Shown: positions 1 to 11,567, counted from the stretch's first letter. The stretch is 64,000 nt of DNA from Chiloscyllium plagiosum (GCF_004010195.1 NC_057740.1:24773199-24837198); one strand, 5' to 3'. The notes: generated by a model not told the origin, from the letters alone. Made by a program: numbers and translations.

Positions 1-1451
1 GCTGCTCCTGGAATTTAAGGAAATCACCTCCAACACCTAAAATACCTCAAAAAAGAAGGAGCCTGTTACAGCCAGAAGTTTTCCCTGTCCTCCATCTTGG
101 ATTTCTAGTCTCAAGCTCTCCTATTCTTCCCTTATCTTCTATTTCTCCAATATTAGATACCCACCGGTAACCAGGCACTTGAATTGGAAGTTCATTTTTA
201 CCATTCACTTCTGTCTGTTGTGGTGAAATGTCTGTAAAATATTCACTTGTATATTTTGCAATGCAGCTGATAACCATCACACAAATTTTTATCAGTGACT
301 CTCAACACAGTTTAAAAGTAAATATCAGACTTTTTACATATGTCTTCATTCTTCTTTAAAAGATGACTGGTTTTAGACAGCAATTGAATTTTAAAAAGAA
401 GTTAAGGGCAATCACGAAGGAGCAAAGCAATCACCAAATCACCCTGAACTTGGCAGTGTTAAAGACAAGGCTATTTTAACTTCCAGGTCTAAGCTCTTTG
501 ACCCAATGTAGTAAATTGTCGACCTGAAAATAGTCAACCTCATCAGCTGGTCCTCAGAAGAGAATATTCATAACTATCTTGCAAGAAGTCACCAGGAAAT
601 GAATGGTTGTATACACTTCATCATCGGAAGCATGGTTTGGAAAAGATCTCAGGCTCATGTTTGGGGAGTCTGGTGCAGCACAGGCCTCTATTATCCCTAC
701 AGAGCCTGTTCATAAGCAGTCTTGACCACAAAGATTCCTTCTTAAACTTACCTGTTTGGAATTCTTCTGGTCCCAGATCTATTTCCTCTTAAGTCGCCCT
801 TGCTTTTTCATTGGAAGAGCGCTTTTATGTGGAAGACAAAGGACATCAAGGAACGAAATTTATAAATTTCCCTATACAGACTTAACTGCTTGCTTATTGC
901 TTATTACACACTTACACACACACACACTACTGTTTTCTGAGAAGATAATAATCTGTTCAGAGTATTGCAGTTACATTTGTAACATAACCATGCATCAATA
1001 TCATTCATTGATTCTTCTTATTCAAATGAGGCATAAATGATACTATATATAACCTAATTGCAGTTTTCTTAAAGAAATTGATTCTAATTACAGGGTTTAT
1101 AGGGGTTTACTCTGAAGAATAAACTTAGCTGAAGAGTAAGTTTCAACAGAAAGATTTTAAACCAAATTGCACAATAACTATACTGGGATTCACACTAGAG
1201 GAGCTTCCAATTCATAATTATTTGTGCATGAAACTCATCTTTCAGTTTTCTGCCTAAGTTTCCTTTAGGTTTAGCATTCGCAAAATTAATTGTACTGTTC
1301 TTGGATGATAAACCACAGTCCTACTTCTTTTGTCATCTTTATATCCAACATTTTTTTTTAAATTTAGTAGTGTGTATAAAGATCAACCTCATAGCATTAG
1401 GTCATATATCTTCAACTAGTCCTTCTTGAATATAAGTAATTAACTTCCTAC

Positions 1452-2073
1452 CTTCAGAAAGGTGTAGCGCCATTAATCTCACCATTTCTGCATCAGCTTT
1501 TATATGAAGTGCCAGGCTTCGAAGAAAGAGAAATGCTGTATGCCTTTTTTGTGAACCAGAACAAATTCCAAACTTAGCCATATGATTGTCACTGTATAAA
1601 ACCACATCTTCAATAAACCTATGTTCATATCCAGTAATGGCACCAAACACTTCAAAATAATTAAAGTTTTCTTCATCTCTTTGCAGCCTACACACCGGAT
1701 CTTTAAAAGCATGTGGATTTTTCTGATTAGAGATTGTGTACAATTCTTGACTTCTGTTAGCAAATGGAGATTCTCTTTGTACCTCGTTAGGGGAGGATAT
1801 GTTCATGGCAACCTTATCACCTTCATTTGATGACTGTAATAGTTTTGCTGCTGTTCCTTGTGCAGAAAGTGATTTTGTATTGCACACAGATTCACTGTCC
1901 ACAGAGCAGTTTTCTTGTGCTTCTGCTGAATGGAGATCAGGAATTTTTTTTGGCTGGTTGATAGCTGATTCCTCCACATTTTCATGGCCTTTCCTGGTGT
2001 TCTGTTCTACAGGAAGAGCGTGAATTAGTAAAATGGATAAGTGAAAAACCACAAGAATTGAAACAGCTTCCAT
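1452..2073 (-). CDS. AMH: Anti-Mullerian hormone, coding exon 1 (signal peptide + start of AMH N-terminal prodomain); gene continues beyond the left edge
   Basis: ATG at 2073 opens a hydrophobic signal peptide (MEAVSILVVFHLSILLIHA). Downstream PVCRLQRDEENFNYFEVFGAITGYEHRFIEDV...ALHLSE matches the AMH_N pattern (cf. mammalian VVGALSAYEQAFL...LHLEE). Phase-1 donor G|gtagga at 1451, like tetrapod exon 1. Lies immediately downstream of SF3A2, as in other vertebrates. Confidence 0.85.
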
Positions 2074-2114
2074 GATTGATCTGGCTTTGTTGAAGACTGA
2101 AGAATATAGTGCAA

Positions 2115-2250
2115 GCGTTGGCTTTGTCTTTGTGGAGATAAGCCTTGTTGATTGTGTTGCATTAAAGCCGGTGAAGGAGTGTTTAGTAGATATTTTTAGA
2201 ACAAAAGCAGACCTTGTATTTTCTTTCACGGATATCATACAATGGAAAAT
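2115..2250 (-). promoter_or_regulatory. Putative AMH proximal promoter with SOX, SF-1/NR5A1 and GATA-like motifs
   Basis: ACAATGG (2239-2245), AACAAAAG (~2200), CTTTGT x2 (2122-2133), CAAGGTC on minus (2210-2216), AGATAA (2136-2141) abutting CAAGGCT on minus (2141-2147). Confidence 0.4.
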
Positions 2251-2559
2251 GTGCCAAAAAGCTCTGGATTCCTTTTTATGCTACAGTATTAGCTGCACAG
2301 GAATTATGTTACATTGAAAACACAGGATAAACAAGGATATTATAATTGGATTTGAATATAATATGGTTGATAGCATCATTACTTAATGCTTAAGGAGAGC
2401 ATGGATCCAGTAACACTCATTTCAAGATAACGCTCGAAATCAGAACTAAGGTTACCATAATCACATAGTAATACTTTACAATACCTGCCAACATCTGAAT
2501 TAAAGATTTTCAGCAAAAAATAGTTGGCAGAAAAAATAGAAATTAGGGGGAAATCATGA

Positions 2560-4380
2560 CTGATAAATTTACAATAATCCTTTGAGGAGGGAACAAGCAG
2601 AATAAATAAAGGTAAAGCAGTTGATGTTGTATGCTTGGATTTTCAGAGCATGTTTCATAAGGTACCACATATTAAGCTACTTAAGAACCCAGACTATTGG
2701 GCATGGTATATTAACATGGATAGAGGTTTGACTAACTAACAAAAAACAGAGCGTTGAAATAAAGGGGCATCTTCAGCATAACAACCTGTAACTTGTGGAG
2801 TGCCACAGAAAACAGTGCTGGGACAACAGTTATTTACAATATATATCAATCACTTCTATGAAGAAAGTGAATGTACTATTTGTAGTAGTTTGCAAATAAC
2901 TGTGTGGTAACTGGTGAATCTGCAGAGAGATTATGCAGGTTAAGCAAATGGGCAAACACATGGCAGGAGGAATATCATATGAGGTTATGCACTTTGACAG
3001 GAAGAATAGAGGAAATGAATACGATATAAATGGAGAAAGACTGCAGAAAGCTACAGAACATAGGGTTTTGGAAGTGTTCATCCATGAGTCACAAGAAGTT
3101 CAGTGATATAAGGGGTAAATGGAACTTGGACCTTTATTTAAAAGGGAATGGTATATAAAACCCCAAAATCGTCAAATACATTAGTCAGATCACAGTTAGA
3201 ATACTATGAACAATTTTGATCTCATCTCGAAGGAAAGATATACTGGCATTTTTGGAAGCAGTCCAGATAAGGTTCGCTTAGCTTATACCAAGTATGAAGG
3301 GACTGTCTTACGAGGAAATATTGAATACAGTAGGTTGGTGTCAGAGAGTCGGTCAATTACAAATAGAAACCACACACAGATCTTGTGAAATTGACAAATA
3401 CTGGTTTATTTCTCACAATATTGTGGGGAAGAGAAATTGACAGGACTGGTACAGAATGGACACTCCGCAAAGTTAAGTCAAGAATTCTCTTCCCCGAGTT
3501 GCAGATAGAGACAATTTTTATAGTGTTACAGTAATGTAGTGTTAATAACAGTTGGTTATCTGGTAGTAGCAATCAAGTAATAATTGTAAAAGGAGGTTCC
3601 GTTCCTCTGCTAGAACAGGTGCTAATGTCCAGTGTCCTGATTTCAATGGATCTGCAGGGTGTGTGCATTCTTGTCAGGTATCTGGGTGCCACTCAGTCTA
3701 GGTAGGCTTTGTGGGGTTTCAGTACCTGAGGACACTGGGGTTGCCCTCGGGACTGCAGGAGTGGTGATGCTATTGTGAGGTAGGAAATCTGTTATCAGAT
3801 CATCTGAGTGTATTCCTTCAGTCTGGAAACTATTTAGAAAATGTCTTGTTTTGCTGTTTAGTTCAAGTTGAGGTATTATGGGTAGGTTCTGTTTAGCTAA
3901 GGACAGACATGGTTTCTGTGAACAAGTAGTGAGCAGGCAGTGTGGTTTTTATTTCCTCTCACAATTGGGCCTACGCTCATTAGAATGTAGTAGAATGACA
4001 GGTGAGTATTGAAACAGGCAAGATTTTTAAGGGACTTGACAGGTTAGACGCTGAAAGGTTCCTGCCCCTTGTGGGAAGGTCCTAGGACCTGAAAGCATAA
4101 CTTCAGAATAAAGAATTGTACATTTAAGATAGAGATGAGGAGGAATTTCTTCTCTCCTGGCATATGTATCTGTGAAATTCTTGACCACAGACGGCTGTAG
4201 AGGCAAGGTCATTAAGTATATTCAAAGCTGAGATAGACATTTTTAATCAGTAAAGGAATCAAGGATATAGGGAGAAAAGCAGAAAAGTTGAATTGAGGAT
4301 TATCAGATCAACCATGATCTCATTGAATTTCAGAATATACCTGGCAGGCTGAATAGTCTACATCTGCTCCTAAACCTATG
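2560..4380 (+). mobile_element. Degenerate CR1-clade LINE 3' portion, interrupted at 3339-3963
   Basis: CR1 RT-like sequence (gttgatgttgtatgcttggattttcag...aaggtaccacat) and CR1 3' end; the two halves join across the insertion (agtaggttgg | ttgggcctac). Confidence 0.7.
3339..3963. mobile_element. Probable solo LTR inserted in CR1
   Basis: Begins TG (tgtcagaga) and ends CA (tcctctcaca) with short imperfect terminal inverted repeats; flanked by near-identical 5-mers gttgg/attgg; splits the host LINE. Confidence 0.5.
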
Positions 4381-4794
4381 GATTTTGGCTGATGATGTGC
4401 CAGTACTATTCCAATCTTAAGCAATGCCCTAGCACTAACTGGTTTGCACTTAAAATAGCTCCTTTTGCAGATTCATAAACAGTGGCAACCTTGGCACAAT
4501 AAATTTTGTCCGCTTTCCCCATCAACCATCTCTGCAACAGCAGTGTCCAACAATGAACTGGTTGTTTTAAATGTTGTGTTAACCTTTTAAACAAATAGGG
4601 TGTCCACCTATTCTTCATCAAATTTAAGGATAAAATGGTCAAACGTGATTATTTTAGCTCTCAAGTCCAAGTCAGGTGTGGTTCACTCACCAGATCTGCC
4701 CTCCGTCTTCCTTCTCAGTTCAAGATGTATCAATTTAAACTAGCTTTTGCTTTCACTTTTCTCTCTTGCTTGTAATTATTTTCTATTTCTTGAG

Positions 4795-5420
4795 TTGATT
4801 TGATTTATTATTGTCATATGTACCTAGGTAGTGAAAAGTTTTGTTTTGTGTACAGTACAGACAGATCATCCCAAAGTGCATTAGGGTAATAGAACAAAGC
4901 AAGGAATATAATACAGAGCACGTGCGCAATGAGCAAGATTAACATTTAAGTTTAAAAGATCCATTCAGAAGTCTGATAATAGAGGGAAAAAGGCTGTTCT
5001 TGAATCTTTTGATATTTGCATTTAAACTTTTGTACCTTCTGCCTGATGGAAGATGTTAGAAGAGACTGAACTAAGGTGGGAGGAATCTTTGATTATGTTA
5101 GCTGCCTTTCTGAGGCAGTGAGAAGCACAGATGAACTGAACGGGTGGAAAGTTGGCTCGCATGATGGACTAGGCTGTGTTCACAACTCTTTATAGTTTGT
5201 TAGGGTGCTGGGTAGAGCAGTTGCCATACCAAGTTGTGATGCATCTGGATAAAATATTTTCTGTGGTGCATCTATGGACATGCCAAATTTCCTTAGCCTC
5301 TTGACAAAGTAGTGGTACTGTTGTGTTCTCCTCACAGTAGCATCAACGTGGATGGACGAGGACAGATTGGTGATCACACTTTTAGGAACTTGATGCTCAT
5401 GACTATATGCTATTCTCTTA
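4795..5420 (-). mobile_element. Degenerate non-LTR retrotransposon 3' fragment (L2/Rex-Babar-like)
   Basis: Remnant peptide RRTQQYHYFVKRLRKFGMS resembles the C-terminal KAQQRLYFLRRLRKFG motif; AATAAATCAAATCAA-type tail at ~4800; related tail fragment at ~37165-37350. Confidence 0.55.
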
Positions 5421-6368
5421 GCTGACCCAATTTTATGTTTCATTACCTTTAGTTTCTAGCTCTAGCTAGTTTGCAATTTCTGTTCTACTAGCGTTTGACT
5501 GAAATCTCACCTCGAATTGACCTTTAATTCTTCCAAAGAACAGGCTTTCAGCATGTCCTACATTATGTCATTTTCCTGTATGAATAACATTAACTGTGGA
5601 CAGCTTTGTATTTTTAAATTGTAGAAACTCTCAAAAACATTTTGTGGGATTCCTTTCTCATAATTTTTTGAACAAATAATTTGTTTCTCCACTCTGCCAC
5701 TAGTATTTGCATGTAGAAAAAGAAAAATGACACAAACATGCACACATTAGCATTCTAAAGCGGAGGTTGCGGTATCTAAGTCGATTGGCTAAATTCAAAA
5801 GCCCAATGTCTTGGTAAAAACTGCAGCTTGGTCTGCTAACTGTACAGTCTTTCAATACAAATGTTTCAGTCGGGCTCTCTCTGTGTTTGCAAACTTTCAA
5901 ACTGCTACTCATAAACATCCAATTCAAATCTCTAAGCACTGAAAAAGTGCCATCCATTTTACAAACACCAAATTCTAACATTCTGCCGCCAATCTACTCT
6001 ACCCAACTTCGCAACACTAGTAATGAGCCTGAAAAGGAGGGAAGGTATCTAATGCAGGCAGGAAGGTAAAGGTAATTGGAGTTTAAAGTTCTTGAATCTC
6101 GAGTTCAGAGAATACCCAAGTCTTGACATTCAGCTGTGTTTCCTTTCTTCAGCAGTGACAATATTTGCAGATATCAAGTGAATGGCTTTTTTACTCTTTT
6201 TTTTCCCTTGGGTTTTTTTTCATAAATTAATACATTAAAGTTCTGGTTTAGCAGTAAAAATCAAAGAAAATCAGTGAATATTTTAAATAATTGCAAGAGT
6301 TGTACGAGTCAAATGAAACTTGAATGTAAAAAAAACCAGGCCCACACTTAAAAATGTTGAAAAATGTC

Positions 6369-6374
6369 TTTAAT
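6369..6374 (-). terminator. Candidate SF3A2 polyadenylation signal (ATTAAA)
   Basis: ATTAAA on minus ~125 nt after the stop codon, followed by T/GT-rich sequence. Confidence 0.4.
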
Positions 6375-6497
6375 GAAAGATGAAGTACAGCAAAGTACTA
6401 TACACTGGAAAGAAATATGGCTACACAAAATTAAAAACAAAATTACTTTCTGTAAAAATTGCATTCTGTTGAAAACACAAAATTCTTTGAAAAAAGG

Positions 6498-7223
6498 TCA
6501 GTTAGTAGGAGGAGGATGAACACGTGGTGGTGGGAGGGGTGTAGGTGCTGCAGATACTGGTACAGAATCACTGGGCAGTGGAGGCCTAATCATAGATGGA
6601 ACTGAATTAGGGGGAGGACCCTGTGGGGCTGGTGGAGGGAGACCTTGCGGAGTCGGAGGAGGGGGGAGACCTTGAGGAGGAGTCGGCGGAGGGGGGAGAC
6701 CTTGAGGAGTCGGCGGAGGGGGGAGACCTTGAGGAGTCGGCGGAGGGGGGAGACCTTGAGGAGTCGGCGGAGGGGGGAGACCTTGAGGAGTCGGCGGAGG
6801 GGGGAGGCCCTGAGGAGTCGGCGGAGGGGGGAGGCCCTGAGGAGTTGGTGGAGGACCTTGCGGTGTTGGTGGGAGGCCTTGTGGGGTCGGAGGAGGACCT
6901 TGCGGAGTTGGAGGAGGACCCTGCGGAGTCGGAGGAGGACCTTGTGGTGTTGGTGGCGGTCCCTGTGGAGTTGGTGGTGGTCCCTGTGGAGCTGGAGGAA
7001 GCTGTGGTGGACCAGGCGGCACTGGGCCAGATGGTGGCATTGGTGGCATGGGCATGCCTGCTGGTCTTGGAGGTGGCAGAGCATCTGGTGGCATGGGGGC
7101 TCTTGGTGGCATACCATTCATGAGTGGTGGTGGTGGTGGTCTGTTCTTTATCCCAGGTGGTCCAATTGGCAAGGTCGGTGGTTGCAATGGTTTTTCCATC
7201 TTGAAATGGAACTGAAGAAAAAA
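6498..7223 (-). CDS. SF3A2: Splicing factor 3a subunit 2 (SAP62/SF3a66), last coding exon with proline-rich C-terminus
   Basis: Acceptor ctag|TTT; FFLQFHFKMEKP... through VHPPPTN*; 726 nt; spliced CDS totals 1341 nt = 446 aa. Confidence 0.95.
   Translation of the reverse strand, partial: FFLQFHFKMEKPLQPPTLPIGPPGIKNRPPPPPLMNGMPPRAPMPPDALPPPRPAGMPMPPMPPSGPVPPGPPQLPPAPQGPPPTPQGPPPTPQGPPPTPQGPPPTPQGPPPTPQGLPPTPQGPPPTPQGLPPPPTPQGLPPPPTPQGLPPPPTPQGLPPPPTPQGLPPPPTPQGLPPPPTPPQGLPPPPTPQGLPPPAPQGPPPNSVPSMIRPPLPSDSVPVSAAPTPLPPPRVHPPPTN
6609..6989 (-). repeat. Coding tandem repeat: 7 x 21-bp (PQGPPPT) then 7 x 27-bp (PQGLPPPPT) units
   Basis: Visible directly, e.g. gaggagtcggcggaggggggagacctt repeated on the plus strand. 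Confidence 0.95.
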
Positions 7224-8189
7224 CTAGGAAGAAACAGCAGGAGGTCAAACAGTTCTGAAGAAAAATCAGATTGGACTCAAAGCATTAATTTTGTTTCTCA
7301 CTCCATAGATGCTGCCAGGCCTACTGAGTTTCTCCAACACACACTGTTTTTATTTAAGGTCAAACTAATCATGTCACATTACCTTTATACAAACATCCTG
7401 AAGCCAGATTTTGCCAGTGATCAAATAAATCTGTGAACATTTGGCTATTGATATGTAAATGTGTTATCTTTAACCATATTTTCCATAGAAATGAATGAAT
7501 GTGTCAAGCATGCTGTTAAAACTTTAACATTCCTCAAGATGGCAATATATATCACTTTTAAGATTACAATAGAGTCCTTGCACATTCCATCCCCAAATAG
7601 ACATGCAGCACAGGGTTGATCAGGATGTGATAGAATCAAGCTCATTTCATTTCTCACTCTGTTATGCCTCGAGCCACCACGCATAGCCTTCATGAAGATT
7701 TTTTAAAATCTATTCTCAATGTACACTATTTTCGCCATCGTGTATGACCAACATTTTGACGGGTTACCAATTAGATCCAACATTTCATGCTTTTCCCCCA
7801 CAGCCTTGCATACTTTTTTCCCTTTAAATAGCTAGGTAAATTTGTTTTTAAATTTATTGATGAATCTGCTTCCTATACTCATGTTTCTATTTCTGATATT
7901 TTTCCTCACCCTCATTGGTGGCCATTACTTCTCAGCCATTTGCCACTTAAGTCTTGGCCGAATTGACATCTTGGAATGTCTTTTGATTCTTTTATGCTCA
8001 TAAGGAATTTTGTCCGGCTATCTCTCTGTTAACAATCCTTCGTTTTTAAAACATAAAATCAGTTACCAGCAATTTTCTGGTCTCACTTTAGGCTACCCCC
8101 CTATATAACAGGTGGCAGCTCAGAAACATATAACAGGTGCCAGGATTCAGAATATGGCTGTTTTTTGGTATAGAGGAATCTATTCAATT

Positions 8190-8595
8190 ATGTTCTAATG
8201 TGTTGATACAAGTAACAATAGATAGGGTTAAAAGCCAAGGTCTTTTTCCCATGATTTGGGGAATCCAAAACAAGAGAGCCTAAGTATAAGGTGAGAGGGG
8301 AAAGATTTAAAAGGGAACCAAGAGGCAACATTTTCATGCAAAGGGTGGTGTGTGTACAGAATGAACTGCCGGAGACAGTGGTGTTGCCGGATACAATTAT
8401 GACATTTAAAAAGCATTTTGGATAGGTACATGAATAAGAAGGGTTTCGAGGGATATGGGTCAAATGCTGGCAAATAGGACTAGATTAATTTAGAATATCT
8501 GGTCATTACATACGAATTGAATCAAATTAATTTTGTTTCAATTTTGTTAAAAATTGAATCAAATTAATTAATTTCATGCTGTACAGCTCTATGAC
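8190..8595 (+). mobile_element. CR1/HER1 LINE 3' end fragment
   Basis: ataaggtgagaggggaaagatttaaaagggaacc...ctctatgac tail, homologous to 39490-39770. Confidence 0.8.
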
Positions 8596-9019
8596 ACTCA
8601 ATGACACCATTTCCTGTCAATGCACTTAACAGCAAATCAATGCACTGGCATCATCATTGGTTCCCTCATCTCATTTGAACAGGAAGTTGGTGCCATTGAT
8701 ACCAGTGTTGGGCACCTATTGGTACTATGTCTTATTCAACACTCTGCTCTCTGCTTCACTCACTGCCACATACTCTCCCTTGCTTGTTGCTTCACTTAGA
8801 AGGGAGAAGGATAGTGAGTGAAGCAATGAGCGTTCTAGGACTGGGAACAGGGCAGTGATCTAACAGATGTCGAAAACATTTTTTTTGTTGTACGCAGCAA
8901 CCTATGGTCTCACTGCAATACTAGGCACTGAATGAGTGGTGAATGTAAAATTGTGATAGCAGTCTTGAATTAGATGTACCAAACACGTTCTCCACCTAAA
9001 CTTACTTTGTGTGGACAGT

Positions 9020-9605
9020 GAGTGTTACCGATTTTTGAGAAGATTTGTAGCTCAGGCTGATAAGTATGTAAGTTAGCTCGCTGAGCTTGAAGGTTTGTTT
9101 TCAGACAGTTCATAACCATACTGGGCAACACCAGTGAGAGTATTTGTTGAAGCGCTGGTGGTATGTCCCGCCTTTCTATTTATAGGTCTTGGTTTCTTAA
9201 GATGGGTGATGTCATTTCCGGTACTTTTTTCAAGGGAAGGTAGATAGGATCTAAATCAACATGTTTATTGATAGAGTCTGGTTAAATTCAATTCTCTAAG
9301 AATTCGCGTACGTGTCTTTGTTTCGTCTGTCCTAGAATGTGTATGTTGTCCCAGTCAAAGCGATGTCCTTCTTTGTCTGTACGTATGGAAACTACTGAGA
9401 GTAGATCGTGTCTTTTAGTGGCCAGTTGGTGTTGACGAGTCCTGGTGGTAAGTTTCCTGCTAGTTTGTCTGATGTCGTGTTTTTTTACAGTTCTTGCATG
9501 GTATCTTGTAAATGACGTTAGTTTTGCTGGTGGTTTCTAATGGATCTTTTAGGTTCATTAGTCACTGTTTAAGTGTATTGGTAGGTTTGTGAGTTCTACT
9601 GTGTT
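9020..9605 (-). mobile_element. Degenerate Penelope-like element 3' part (GIY-YIG endonuclease remnant)
   Basis: Minus strand reads KTNVIYKIPCKNCKK.., homologous to the GIY-YIG region at 21503-21736. Confidence 0.7.
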
Positions 9606-9767
9606 GTTGTGTGATCTCTTGCAGGGATTTTAAAGGATTCTGTTATCCGGAGATCTTAAAAAAAAACACAACTGCATTGCTGAACAGGAGCAAGATATAA
9701 GAATGAACACATTGTCTATTTTCTGTTTGATTGATGTACAGCAAAAAAATAAGAAACTTTCTATTAC

Positions 9768-9836
9768 CTGTTTTGTTTCTCTATTCCAGTGAGTCCAAAA
9801 CTTCCCTTCAACTTTATCAATTTCTCTACTTGGTAC
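9768..9836 (-). CDS. SF3A2: SF3A2 coding exon 7 (VPSREIDKVEGKFWTHWNRETKQ)
   Basis: ttag|GTA acceptor, CAG|gtaata donor, 69 nt, near-identical to vertebrate SF3A2. Confidence 0.95.
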
Positions 9837-10683
9837 CTAAATGCAATTAAAGATGTGAACAGCTATCTAGTTTGTTGAATACATTCAATCTACAATAGAT
9901 AATTCAGTATTCCGTCTATTTCCCTTAATAATCTGAACAAAATATGCAGAGTCCAAGATGTGCTTAACATTCACTTAAGACATGTTTTCAACAATAAAAT
10001 GAAATGCAAGAAATCTGACCAAGCACTATTTAAAAATTCATTCCATTTGTTCAGAAGTCCACAAGAAATATTGTTTTATTTTTTCCTCAGCTTCCCTCTT
10101 TCCATTTTGTAAAAGGTTTCCATCAATAACACAAAACAAATTCCCCATTTGTTTTCTCTCGCTAACCATCTATGATTGCCAATACTTCTATCTCAGAGTA
10201 ACACAATAAATACAAGCAGATCCAAGCGATTCCTGTTACAATGCACAATTTAACGGTCTAATTGTTATATGCAAGCTGGGAGTTGGTTAGTTTGGTTAGC
10301 TGGACAGCTGGTTTGCAATACAAAGTGACACCAACAGCATGGGTTCATTTTCAAAACTGGCTGATTTGGAAGGTCACACTTTCTCAACTTCATCGCTCAC
10401 TGCACAGGGATGCTGACCTCAGGTTAAACTACCACCAATTGTTTCTCTCTAATCAGAGACCTATTGTCCTCTGGAATTATGGCAACTTTACCTATATGTA
10501 ATCAAACTAGTACCAGTATTTTATTTTACACCAACTTTACTATATGTTCTCGACATAAAACAGCATGCTTTTTTTAATTCAAAACCATCTAACTCAAATT
10601 AGATAATAATATAGCATCTAAATCTCAAATTTCTAGTGTGTAATTTAAATCAACAAGGTCATCAAATAATTCAGATTTTCATT

Positions 10684-11358
10684 GCAAGAAGCCCAGTTTG
10701 AATGATCAGGAATAGCACGTGTGTGGAAACAGCATTAAGTTATTTTGCCTGTCACAAAGCTGTCCTTTTTTCTAAAAGCTGTTCCTTTTCTCAAGGATAC
10801 TGTGTCCTTGGTCTTTTTCAGAGGGGTCTTAAAACAGTCCGGGCTCAGAATCGACTGGCTTGGTACAGAGATGAAAAGGTTTATGACAGGCATTTTTGTT
10901 TATACGTAAGCAGATGAGACTTTAGGCCAAAGGTTTTATGTTTTTGAAGTGACCTGTATAAAAAGGGGAGTGGTCAGTCCTAAAAGCTGAAGTCTTGTTT
11001 GAGTCAGTTCAGCAGTGGGCTGTGTGGAACAGGCTGATAAACTCTCTCTCCTGCTGTACTTCTAACTTCGACCTGTAAGCCTTTGTTTCATTTTTACTCT
11101 ATGTATAAGGGGTTTGTTTATCGAGACTGTTGTGTATTTTTAGAACAGCATAATCAAGTCTAGTTTGGATTGACTGAGTTCTGTGGGTATTCTATAGTCT
11201 GTTCTTTGTGATTCATTCTGTGAATCAATTTTAGTCTGTTTTAAAATCTGGTAGTCAACCTAACTAATTTTCATGTATACTTGCCGAAACAAATAGCAAA
11301 GTTACAGTCTGGGCTGCCTGTTTAAGAATGTTTTGAGTGGTCTGGCCTAGTCCATAAT
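10684..11358. mobile_element. Possible LTR-like repeat in SF3A2 intron
   Basis: LTR-like composition with TATAAAAA at ~10957; termini are degenerate and no clear TSD. Confidence 0.3.
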
Positions 11359-11426
11359 ATGCCTCTCATAGAAAACAAACTTATCTGTCTCTCCAGGTTG
11401 TCCAACAATCCATAAGCATACAGTAC

Positions 11427-11567
11427 CTTAAAAGAAATGGTTTCATATGGCTCTGCTGCAAACAATAGGTACTGCCAACGTCTGTCTGGTGGTTCAATTC
11501 GTTGCTCATATGCAGACATAAACCGATGGCGTGGGATTACACCTTCTGCAATTTCAGGATAATCAAT
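11427..11567 (-). CDS. SF3A2: SF3A2 coding exon 6 (IDYPEIAEGVIPRHRFMSAYEQRIEPPDRRWQYLLFAAEPYETISFK)
   Basis: ttag|ATT acceptor, AAG|gtactg donor, 141 nt; hallmark SF3A2/Prp11 sequence. Confidence 0.97.

Noticed and set aside
1-280. Possible AMH exon 2 (ag|GT GTT..LKFQEQ at 36, or ag|AC ATT.. at ~231) and ORF 47..280
   Set aside because: Only a 4-residue resemblance (LKFQ vs LRFQ), truncated by the window edge, and the segment looks like the 5' end of an interspersed repeat; cannot be supported
690-745. Minus-strand peptide VVKTAYEQAL resembling the AMH motif SAYEQAF
   Set aside because: Followed immediately by a stop, with no splice context; most likely chance
2074-2238. 55-aa in-frame extension upstream of the AMH ATG
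   Set aside because: Would bury the signal peptide and overlaps promoter-like motifs; ATG 2073 fits better
6609-6989. Regular repeats as a CRISPR-like array
   Set aside because: No unique spacers; an in-frame coding tandem repeat in a eukaryotic gene
6590-7436. Long overlapping ORFs in other frames and strands (Arg-rich, Glu/Gly-rich, Ser/Thr-rich)
   Set aside because: Shadow frames of the stop-poor SF3A2 proline repeat
8515-8570. Local duplication aattgaatcaaattaatt in a CR1 tail
   Set aside because: Small AT-rich repair or slippage scar with no sign of function
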